NCBI GenBank assembly: GCA_046597055.1
Contig: JBKJLC010000083.1
Location: 13,894 to 77,893 of the forward strand
DNA length: 64,000 nt
Source of the DNA: Kofleriaceae bacterium
Lineage (GTDB): Bacteria; Myxococcota_A; Polyangia; Haliangiales; Haliangiaceae
Reading direction: 5' to 3'
Shown one piece after another: positions 1 through 12,105 of this stretch. The notes under the pieces were generated by a model. The model did no database searches. It was not told the DNA's origin and saw nothing but the letters and a program-made list of their open reading frames with translations. The position numbers and the translations under genes were made by a program. Each line of letters begins with the position of its first letter. Positions within the stretch are counted from its first letter, which is position 1.

Positions 1-2
1 CC

Positions 3-719
3 GATGCACGCGGTCTCATCCTGGAACCGCTTGCTGGCCGGCGTCCGGATGTACGTCATCGGGTCCTTGCCGAGCATCTCGTGGGCGAGCCCGAACGCGT
101 GCGCGGTCTCCTGCGCGATGGTCCAGCACGACTGGGCGATGTCGCTCGGATACAGGTTGATGAAGCTGAACGTGATCGCGTTCGGGATCACACCGCAGCT
201 GTACGGCGACACGCCGGCGACCCCGTTGGGGAAGCCGACGTTGGTGGGGAGCCCGGCCGACATCGCTTCCCAGTGGCCGACGGCGCAGGTGGCGTTGGGA
301 TCCGGGCACGGATCGGTCGCGGTCACTCCGATGTTGAACTGCGCGTAGGTGTCCTTCACGCAGGCGACGATCTGGTTCCAGGTCGTGTCGCTACCCGCGT
401 ACGCCGCCAGGGTCCGGTTGCTCGTGCCGCTGATGATCGACGACGTATTGTTCCGCGAGTCCTCGCGGCCCGTGCTGCGGCCCGGCTTGATCACGCAGCC
501 GTTGGGCTTGCAGTTGTTCAGGTAGAGGATCCGCGACGGCGGTGCGTGCGGGACCACATCGGCGACCGGCAGGTCGACCGGGATGAAGATGCGCTGGTAG
601 GGCGAGAGGTCGTAGCTCTCCGGCGGCGCGGGCGTCTGGTCGGCCTGCCCGAGGGCGACGCTGACACCGGCGAAGGTCACGAACAGGGCACACGCAACGG
701 CGGTAGCGTGAATCTTCAT
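3..719 (-). CDS. Secreted metzincin-like protein, runs off the window edge (C-terminus missing); paralog of 840..2291
   Basis: ATG at 719 gives MKIHATAVACALFVTFAGVSVALG (signal peptide), then SRILYLNNC, CVKDTYAQFNI and CWTIAQETAHAFGLAHEMLGKDPMTY; not in the ORF track because no stop codon lies in the window. Confidence 0.85.
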   Translation of the reverse strand, partial: MKIHATAVACALFVTFAGVSVALGQADQTPAPPESYDLSPYQRIFIPVDLPVADVVPHAPPSRILYLNNCKPNGCVIKPGRSTGREDSRNNTSSIISGTSNRTLAAYAGSDTTWNQIVACVKDTYAQFNIGVTATDPCPDPNATCAVGHWEAMSAGLPTNVGFPNGVAGVSPYSCGVIPNAITFSFINLYPSDIAQSCWTIAQETAHAFGLAHEMLGKDPMTYIRTPASKRFQDETACI

Positions 720-839
720 CAGGACCCTGATAGCGGGCCCGGCGTCTGCCGGTCCATGCCACCGGACTGGCAAGAGATCACGTCGCGTGCTTCCCTCTCA
801 CATCAGTCCGGTTCCGAGCGAGCCCTCGGAGGCAGCGGG

Positions 840-2291
840 TCAGTGCGGGCGCGCGGACGGCTTCCGCCGGCGGCGCAGGAGCAGCCCGGCGACCGCCAGC
901 CCGGCGCCGATCGGCGCGATCGGGCTGGTGCCAGATCCGGTCGAGCAGCCGAGGCAGCCGCCGCTGGTCTCGCCGGCGATGCAGTAGCCGACGCCGTCGG
1001 TGCCGTTGGCGCAGGCGAAGCTGTCGGGGCACTGGTTGGCGACGCCCGGCATGCACTGCTCGGTGCAGCTGTTGACGCCCTCGCTGCCGACGCACAGACC
1101 CGAGCTGCACTCGAGCGGCGAGCCGCAGCTCTCGCCGAGGCCGCCGGGCGCGCCGGGGCCGGGCACGCAGCGGCCACCGACGCAGGTGTAGTCGTCGCCG
1201 ACCGCCGCGCAGTCGCCGGGGCGCTGGCACGGCGCGCCGATGTAGACGTCCACCGAGGCGGTGCCAGGCGTGCCGTTGGCGTCGACCGCGCGGACCTCGA
1301 CGCGGTGGCTGCCGGCGCCGAGCGTGGCGGGCGCGTTGAACGCGAACGGGCCGGCGGTGAGGGTCTGGGCGATCTGGTTGTCGACCAGCAGCTCGACCTT
1401 GGCGATGCCCTGGTCGTCGATGATCTGGGTGCTGACCACGAAGCCCGGCTCGACCTCATCGCCCGGGCGCGGGCTGACGATCTCGATGGTCGGCGGCGAC
1501 GGCGGCGCGGCCCCGAAGATCGCCATCAGCTCGGTCACCGAGTTCTGCTTGGTGCGGCAGTAGCAGTTGCGCACGGTGCTCTCGCCGCAGTCGGCCAGGG
1601 TGTCCTGGAACCGCTTCTTGCTCGGGGCCGGCAGGTAGGTCATCGGGTCCTCGCCGAGCAGCTCGTGGTCGAGGCCGAACGAGTGGGCGGTCTCCTGCGC
1701 GATGGTCCAGCACAGCTCGTCGACGTCGGCGCCGAGGGTGCCGGCGAACGCGTACGTGATCGAGTTGTCGATGATGTTGCAGCTGCGGAAGTCGAACGGC
1801 GACACGCCGCCGACCGCGCCGGGCGACTGGCTGACGTAGCCGATGTCGGCGGCGACGCCGGCGACGATCACCTCCCAGTGCGGCGTGGTGCAGCCGGTGG
1901 TGCTGGTACACGGGTCGACGTCGGTGACCGCGATGTTGAAGCGGCCGTAGGTCTCCTTCACGCAGGCGACGGTCCGGTTCCAGATCGCGTCGCCATGGGT
2001 GAACGCCGGCACCATCGAGTTGCGGCGCGCGACGGTGGAGCGGTTGGTGCGCGAGTTCTCCGCGCCGGCGAAGATCGAGCAGCCGCCGACGCAGCGGTTC
2101 AGGTAGATCAGGCGCGACGACGGCTCGGCCGGCACGGTCCGCGCCTGGTAGCGCTGGCGGGCCGGGAACGACAGCGAGGCGTTGGCCTCGGTGACCGGGA
2201 CCCGCTCGCGGAGGGGCCGGTCTGCCCGCGCTCCGGCGGTGGTGGCGATCATGGCGGACAGGACGACCAGCGACGAGGCGAGCAACTTCAC
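840..2291 (-). CDS. Secreted metzincin-like protein with Ig-like domain, Cys-rich repeats and MYXO-CTERM sorting signal
   Basis: GTG at 2291 (VKLLASSLVVLSAMIATTAGARA signal peptide); QETAHSFGLDHE..DPMTY; Ig-like PTIEIVSP..DDQGIAKVELLVD; C-terminal GGCLGC..hydrophobic..RRRRK. Confidence 0.85.
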   Translation of the reverse strand: MKLLASSLVVLSAMIATTAGARADRPLRERVPVTEANASLSFPARQRYQARTVPAEPSSRLIYLNRCVGGCSIFAGAENSRTNRSTVARRNSMVPAFTHGDAIWNRTVACVKETYGRFNIAVTDVDPCTSTTGCTTPHWEVIVAGVAADIGYVSQSPGAVGGVSPFDFRSCNIIDNSITYAFAGTLGADVDELCWTIAQETAHSFGLDHELLGEDPMTYLPAPSKKRFQDTLADCGESTVRNCYCRTKQNSVTELMAIFGAAPPSPPTIEIVSPRPGDEVEPGFVVSTQIIDDQGIAKVELLVDNQIAQTLTAGPFAFNAPATLGAGSHRVEVRAVDANGTPGTASVDVYIGAPCQRPGDCAAVGDDYTCVGGRCVPGPGAPGGLGESCGSPLECSSGLCVGSEGVNSCTEQCMPGVANQCPDSFACANGTDGVGYCIAGETSGGCLGCSTGSGTSPIAPIGAGLAVAGLLLRRRRKPSARPH

Positions 2292-2444
2292 GGCCGCCTT
2301 GATACCCGGGCGGGGGGCCCCGGTGACACCAGGGGCTCCTCTCAGTCGATTACGCGGGTTGCTTCCCCGGCATCTCAGGCATCGCACCGACAAACCGAGG
2401 CAGGACGGAGGCTTACGGCCCGGTGAGCCCGGCGGTCGCCCCGG

Positions 2445-3440
2445 TCAGAACAGCCCGGCGGCCACCATGAACACCAGATAGGCGAGGATGAGAAGCCCGC
2501 CCTCGATGCGGGTCACCCGCCGGTTGCCGCGCATGAAGAAGACCGCCAGCAGGGTGCAGGCGGCGAGCCCGATCGCGTCGACCGCGTGCATCCGCTCGCC
2601 GACCCGGACCGGGTGCAGGTACGCGACCATGCCCAGCACCAGGAAGACGTTGAGCAGGTTCGAGCCGATCACCGAGCCGACCGCGAGCGAGCCGTGGCCG
2701 CGCTGGGCCGCCATCACCGAGGCGATCAGCTCGGGCAGCGAGGTGCCGAGCGCGACGATGGTCATGCCGAGCATGCGCTCGGAGATGCCCAGCTCGCCGG
2801 CCAGGCGGCTGGCGCCGGCGACGAACTGGTGGCTGCCGGTGATGACCAGGAACACCCCGATCGAGGCCATGACCAGCGCCAGGAACCGCGAGCCGCCCGC
2901 GCGCTTCTTGCCTCCGCCGTAGGACGCGGCCACGTCCTCGGCCTGGTGCGCGTAGTCGACGGCCTCGTCGGAGGGGTCGTGGCGCGAGCTGATGGTGAGC
3001 GTCGCGATCGTGAAGACGACCGCGCACCCGACCAGCACCAGCCCCTCGATCCGGGAGATGACGCCGTCGTAGAGGGTGACCGGGATCGCGACCACCGAGC
3101 CGAGCAAGATCGGCACCTCGCGGCGGATGATGCGGGCGTCGACCACCGGCGGGGCGATCAGCGCGGTCAGGCCGAGGATGAGCGCGATGTTGGCGGCGCA
3201 CGAGCCGATCACGTTGCCGAGGGCGACCGGCGTGAGGTGGCCGGCGGCGGCCTCGGTCGAGACCGCCAGCTCGGGCGCCGAGGTGCCGTAGGCGACGACG
3301 GTCAGGCCGATCACGAGCGACTTGACCCCGAGCGCGCGGGCCAGGGTCGCCGAGCCCCGGATCAGCCACTCGGATCCCACGAACAGCAGGAGGACCCCGC
3401 CGATCAGGCGCGCGACGGCGATCGGCGTGTCGAAACCCAC
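2445..3440 (-). CDS. Calcium/sodium antiporter (CaCA, YrbG-like)
   Basis: Two alpha-repeats GTSAPE / GTSLPE with GNVIGS / GSVIGSN, about 10 TM segments. Confidence 0.92.
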   Translation of the reverse strand: MGFDTPIAVARLIGGVLLLFVGSEWLIRGSATLARALGVKSLVIGLTVVAYGTSAPELAVSTEAAAGHLTPVALGNVIGSCAANIALILGLTALIAPPVVDARIIRREVPILLGSVVAIPVTLYDGVISRIEGLVLVGCAVVFTIATLTISSRHDPSDEAVDYAHQAEDVAASYGGGKKRAGGSRFLALVMASIGVFLVITGSHQFVAGASRLAGELGISERMLGMTIVALGTSLPELIASVMAAQRGHGSLAVGSVIGSNLLNVFLVLGMVAYLHPVRVGERMHAVDAIGLAACTLLAVFFMRGNRRVTRIEGGLLILAYLVFMVAAGLF

Positions 3441-3450
3441 GGCGCGAGTG

Positions 3451-4113
3451 TTACCCGGGCGGCGGGCGTCGGACCAGGTACCGGGCGTGCTTCATGAGTC
3501 GCTCGACCCGGGGCCAGTCGTCGGAGTCGTAGTAGCCGCGCAGGTGGCCGGTCTGGTCGACCAGGACGAAGTGGCCGCTGTGGGTGATGTTGGGGGCGCC
3601 CGACGCGGTGGTGCCGCCGAGGTCGTCGAAGCCGATCTGCATGCCGCGCTCGACCAGCGCGCGGACCGCGCCGATGTCACCGCGGACGAAGCGCCACCGC
3701 GCCGGATCGGCGCCGTAGCGCTCGGCGAACGCGGCCAGGGCCGGCACGGTGTCGTGGTCGGGATCGACCGAGATCGAGAGCAGCTTGAGGGCGACCACGT
3801 CGCCGGTGCGCTCCTGGATCGTGCGCATCTTCATCGACGTGACCGGGCACACCGTGTCGCAGCGGGTGAAGATGAAGTTGACGATGGTGACGTGGCCGCG
3901 CAGCGACTCGCGGGTGACGGTGGCCCCGGTGTGATCGGTCAGCGAGAACGGTGGCAGCTCGCCGTGATCGTCGAGCTTCGGGATCTCGGGCGGAAACACC
4001 ACCGTCGGCAGGAACACGGTGGTGCCGACGATCAGCACGATGACCGCGACCAGGCTGAGGAAGAGCGTGCGACCGCTGATGCGAGCCGGCCGCGGCGCTG
4101 CCGAGGTGGACAT
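3451..4113 (-). CDS. SCO1/SenC family copper chaperone
   Basis: N-terminal TM; FIFTRCDTVCP (CxxxC); ISVDPDHDT; ITHSGHFVLVD. Confidence 0.92.
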   Translation of the reverse strand: MSTSAAPRPARISGRTLFLSLVAVIVLIVGTTVFLPTVVFPPEIPKLDDHGELPPFSLTDHTGATVTRESLRGHVTIVNFIFTRCDTVCPVTSMKMRTIQERTGDVVALKLLSISVDPDHDTVPALAAFAERYGADPARWRFVRGDIGAVRALVERGMQIGFDDLGGTTASGAPNITHSGHFVLVDQTGHLRGYYDSDDWPRVERLMKHARYLVRRPPPG

Positions 4114-4185
4114 GCAGCGACATGTACCACCGTGCGGGGGTCACGCATCGCGGCATGCTGTCGCGACCCGGGGTAGGCTTGGCCG

Positions 4186-4668
4186 ATGCGACCCAAGACC
4201 ACGTGCCTGGGTGTGGTGGCCGCGGCCGCGCTCGCCCTGACCGCGACCCCGGCCCGGGCCGAGGTCGGCGTCGGCGTCTTCCTGGGACAGCCGACCGGGC
4301 TCGACCTCAAGCTCGATCTCGCGCGCCGCTCGGCGCTCGACATCGTCATCGGCTGGGAGTACTTCGACGACGGCCGCGACGGCTATGCGCACCTGACCTA
4401 CCTGGTCGGGCTGGGCGCGGCGCGCGGCCGCTCGGTGCTGATCCCGTTCCGGCTCGGCATCGGCGTCGCGGCCTACGGCGGTGCCGGCGACTTCGGGGAC
4501 GAGGTCAACATCGCGGTGCGGGCGCCGTTCGAGGTCGGCATCCGCTTCCGCAGCGCGCCGATCGAGATCTACGGCGAGATCGCGCTGAAGCTGACGCTGC
4601 TCGACGAGAACGAGAACGATGACGACATCGACTTCGATGGCGGCATCGGCATGCGCATCTACTTCTGA
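4186..4668 (+). CDS. Small exported outer-membrane beta-barrel-like protein
   Basis: Signal peptide ending PARA; GVGVFLGQPTGL; alternating beta pattern; C-terminal GIGMRIYF. Confidence 0.7.
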   Translation: MRPKTTCLGVVAAAALALTATPARAEVGVGVFLGQPTGLDLKLDLARRSALDIVIGWEYFDDGRDGYAHLTYLVGLGAARGRSVLIPFRLGIGVAAYGGAGDFGDEVNIAVRAPFEVGIRFRSAPIEIYGEIALKLTLLDENENDDDIDFDGGIGMRIYF

Positions 4669-4677
4669 CCGGCCGGG

Positions 4678-9069
<4,392 letters not shown>

Positions 9070-9147
9070 ACCGAGCGAACCCTCCGGCCCGCTCGCCCCA
9101 TCATAGTCGCGGAGGCGACCGATTCGCCTGCTGGAGTGCGCTTCATC

Positions 9148-9807
9148 TCACGACGGCGGCAAGCGCTTGATCACCAGGTTGTCGAACCAGGTGTCGGTCT
9201 CCCAGTTGTTGAAGCCGAGGTGGTCGTGGCCGACCCCGGTCAGCGGTTGCGGGTCCTGGTAGCGCAGGAACGGTGTGGCCAGGTCGTCGACGTACCACTC
9301 GATCGTGTCGCGGCGGCGGATGATGCGCCAGTGGTAGCGCTGGTTGGCGACCACCCGCGGCAGCGGGCGCTTGACCATCTCGGTGCCGTGCTCGTCGAGC
9401 CGGGCGATGAACGAGGTCGTGTTCTTCCAGCCGCCCATGCCGATCACGTAGCCGGTCGCGGTGTAGCGGTTGCCGTCGGGGTCGAACGAGCGGCCATCGC
9501 CGAAGACCTCGAGCTTGATGTCGCCGTCGGGCGAGGTCGACCAGGCGTCGAGGTCGATCTGGAGGTCGCCGGCGGGCAGCCGGCGGGCGAGCCACAGCGG
9601 GTGGTTGTGGGCGCCGTGAGCGTTCAGGGCCCCGTCGCGCAGGTGGTAGCCACTGCCGGTCCGGGTCCAGTCCGGCCCGAGCGAAGCCCGGTCGAAGCTG
9701 TCGAGATAGCTCGACTCGATCGGCGGCGACTCGCGGACCTTGCAGGCGGGCGCGAGGCCCCCGAAGGCGACGCAGGCGATGGTGAGGAGGGCGCGGGAGG
9801 CGCGCAT
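9148..9807 (-). CDS. Lipoprotein with a beta-sandwich (lectin/ConA-like) domain
   Basis: ATG at 9807, signal ending GLAPAC; Trp-rich beta pattern ending GFNNWETDTWFDNLVI. Confidence 0.65.
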   Translation of the reverse strand: MRASRALLTIACVAFGGLAPACKVRESPPIESSYLDSFDRASLGPDWTRTGSGYHLRDGALNAHGAHNHPLWLARRLPAGDLQIDLDAWSTSPDGDIKLEVFGDGRSFDPDGNRYTATGYVIGMGGWKNTTSFIARLDEHGTEMVKRPLPRVVANQRYHWRIIRRRDTIEWYVDDLATPFLRYQDPQPLTGVGHDHLGFNNWETDTWFDNLVIKRLPPS

Positions 9808-9925
9808 GGCCGCGACTATGCGCGACCGACCCGGGTCGCGCAAACGTGCGGGGATCCACGTGATCGAAACCATTGTTGATTCCGATCCTGGACCCCAGGG
9901 GATCTCTTCCCGGACCGGGTTTCCG

Positions 9926-9947
9926 TGTCAGAGGCGGCCCTTAGGTT
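9926..9947 (+). promoter_or_regulatory. Candidate DNA-damage promoter motif TGTCAG-N10-TA-N3-T (RecA-NDp/PafBC-like)
   Basis: TGTCAG AGGCGGCCCT TAGGTT ends 10 nt before the exonuclease ORF start. Confidence 0.5.
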
Positions 9948-9956
9948 GGTCGCGAG

Positions 9957-11105
9957 TTGCGGATCGAGTCCCTCACACTACCGTTCGGACGGGAGTATCT
10001 GGAAGCGCCGGTCACGCCGCGCCCGTCCGACCAGGCTCCCTCCCGCGCCCGCCGCCGCGGCCGCGCCAAGCTCGAGTCGGTCGCCCCGACGCCGCTCGAG
10101 GCCGCCACCGTCGTCACCGCGCCCATCACTGCCACTGCCACTGCCACTGCCACTGCCACTGCCACTGCCGCTGCCGCTGCGGGTGCCGCTGCCGCGGCGG
10201 GTGCCGCTGCCGCTGCCGCGGCGGATGCGGGTGCGGCGGCCGCGGCCGCTGCCAATGCCGCGGCCGTCGCCACCCTCCGCCCCCAGGACGGCGTCTACGT
10301 CCTCGACGTCGAGACCACCGGCACCGACCGCCGCCGCGACCAGGTCATCGAGCTCTGCATCCAGTTCGGCCTCGATGACCGCGCTCCCAGCCGCACCTGG
10401 CGCTTCAAGCCCTCGGTCGCGATGTCGCCCGGCGCCCAGGCGGTCCACGGCATCTCGATGGACGACCTCGCCGCCTGCCCGAGCTTCGCCGACTGCGTCG
10501 ACGAGATCGAAGCGATCTTCGCCGACGCCCGCGTGATCGTCGGCTACAACCTCACGTTCGACATCGACATGCTCCAGGCCGAGATGGAGCGCATCAAGCG
10601 GCCCTTGCTCGACGTCAGCGGCAAGACGATCGTCGATCCGTTCCGGCTCTGGCAGCAGTGCGAGCCGCGCAGCCTGCAGCACGCCCACCAGCGGTTCGTC
10701 GGGCAAGGCTTCGAGGCCGCGCACTCGGCCTCGGCCGACGTCGCCGCGACCGGCCGGGTCCTGTCGGGCATGCTGCGCAGCTTCAACCTCGACCACCACG
10801 ACTGGAGCGCGATCGCCACGATCTGCGACCCGCAGCGGTCGAGCTGGGTGGGCCCGTCGCGGCATCTGCGCTGGGAGGGGACCACCATCATCCTCTCGTT
10901 CGGCAAGCACAGCGGCACCCCGCTCCACGAGCTCGACCGCGGCTACCTGCGCTGGGTCGCCGACAAGGACTTTCCGGTCCACGTGACCGTGATCTGCAAG
11001 AAGGCGCTCGAGCTCGCGCCTGACGAGCTGGTCGCGTGGGTGCGCCAGCAGTTCGGCGAGCCGGCCCCGACCGGCGCCCCGCCGTTCGCGGCGCCCGGCG
11101 GGTAG
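9957..11105 (+). CDS. DEDDh 3'-5' exonuclease (DnaQ/ExoX-like) with low-complexity N-terminal linker
   Basis: LDVETTG, VHGI, GYNLTFDI, AHSASADV; C-terminal FGKHSG..GYLRWV; start uncertain (TTG). Confidence 0.88.
   Translation: MRIESLTLPFGREYLEAPVTPRPSDQAPSRARRRGRAKLESVAPTPLEAATVVTAPITATATATATATATAAAAAGAAAAAGAAAAAAADAGAAAAAAANAAAVATLRPQDGVYVLDVETTGTDRRRDQVIELCIQFGLDDRAPSRTWRFKPSVAMSPGAQAVHGISMDDLAACPSFADCVDEIEAIFADARVIVGYNLTFDIDMLQAEMERIKRPLLDVSGKTIVDPFRLWQQCEPRSLQHAHQRFVGQGFEAAHSASADVAATGRVLSGMLRSFNLDHHDWSAIATICDPQRSSWVGPSRHLRWEGTTIILSFGKHSGTPLHELDRGYLRWVADKDFPVHVTVICKKALELAPDELVAWVRQQFGEPAPTGAPPFAAPGG
10131..10178 (+). repeat. In-frame hexamer repeat (GCCACT)6(GCCGCT)2 encoding an Ala-Thr/Ala run
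   Basis: Read directly from the sequence. Confidence 0.95.
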
Positions 11106-11113
11106 CCAACCCG

Positions 11114-11560
11114 TCAGCGCGGGACCCGCGCCGCCAGCTCGTTCGCCGAGATCAGGCCTTCGACGCGCGCGCGCTCGGTGCCATCGGGCGTCAGGAACAG
11201 GACCGTCGGCGTTGCGTGCGCCGACCAGCGATCCTGGAAGGCGAGATCGTCCTCGTCGTTCTCGGTGACGTCGATCCGGACCCGCACCCAGCCTTCGAGC
11301 GCGGCCCGCACGGTCCGGGTCTGGTAGTGGCGAGCGAGCTCCTTGCATGGCGCGCACCAGCTCGCGGTCACGTCGACCATCACGCCTTTCGCGCCCCCCG
11401 CGCGGGCCCGTGCCAGCCCGTGCTCGAGGTCGGTCTCCCAGCGCGGCGCCACGATCGGGCCGGAGCCCGACGCCCGTGGACGAGCTGGAGCATCGCGATC
11501 GCATCCCGCGAGTAACATGGTGGCCGCGAGCACGACCCGGGCGAGCGATGCTGGCGTCAC
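11114..11560 (-). CDS. Thioredoxin-fold lipoprotein
   Basis: Lipobox LAGC; ASWCAPC; TPTVLFL. Confidence 0.85.
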   Translation of the reverse strand: MTPASLARVVLAATMLLAGCDRDAPARPRASGSGPIVAPRWETDLEHGLARARAGGAKGVMVDVTASWCAPCKELARHYQTRTVRAALEGWVRVRIDVTENDEDDLAFQDRWSAHATPTVLFLTPDGTERARVEGLISANELAARVPR

Positions 11561-11982
11561 GGGACGACCGCCGGGGCAGGCGTCGACGGCGACGCGATCG
11601 CGCCCGGCGGCAGGCTCCGGCCGGGCTCGTCGAGCCAGCCGCGGTGCTCCGCGCGCGCGCGGCCGCAGCGCTGGTCCTCGTGCACGCCGTACCCGGCGGA
11701 CGACGCGAGCAGGACGCCCAGGACGCCATACGTGATGCCGAGCCCGCGCACCTCGGCGGGCTCGGGCTCCTCGGGGGCCCCGTTGATCATCGCCGCCGCG
11801 GCGAGGCCGGTCAGGCCAGCGAGGACCGCATCGACGGCGACGGCGAGCCTCCCTTCGGAGCAGGTCGGCAGCTGGTCGCGACGGTAGCCGCTAGGCAGGC
11901 GCTCGACCCCCACGAACGAACAGCCGGTGACGAGCGGGGCGAGGAGGGCGAGCGTGAAGAGACGGCGGGCCGGGAGGCTCAT
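11557..11982 (-). CDS. Hypothetical lipoprotein with two hydrophobic segments
   Basis: MSLPARRLFTLALLAPLVTGC lipobox; stop overlaps the start of the thioredoxin gene. Confidence 0.6.
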   Translation of the reverse strand: MSLPARRLFTLALLAPLVTGCSFVGVERLPSGYRRDQLPTCSEGRLAVAVDAVLAGLTGLAAAAMINGAPEEPEPAEVRGLGITYGVLGVLLASSAGYGVHEDQRCGRARAEHRGWLDEPGRSLPPGAIASPSTPAPAVVP

Positions 11983-12105
11983 ACCGCGCACGTGTCGTCC
12001 GGACCGGTCCGCGGTTGCGTCGCGTTCGTGACGCAGCCGGCCTGCCCTCGCCGTCGGTCCGTGCGATCGTGCCGGCGCGTGTCGCGCGGTCCACGGTCAG
12101 CACGG

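Noticed and set aside
11347..12105. N-terminal extension of the 1418-aa ORF (likewise 15123, 25950, 54659 and 55753 starts)
   Set aside because: Overlaps real genes; later starts with stop/start overlaps or signal peptides fit better
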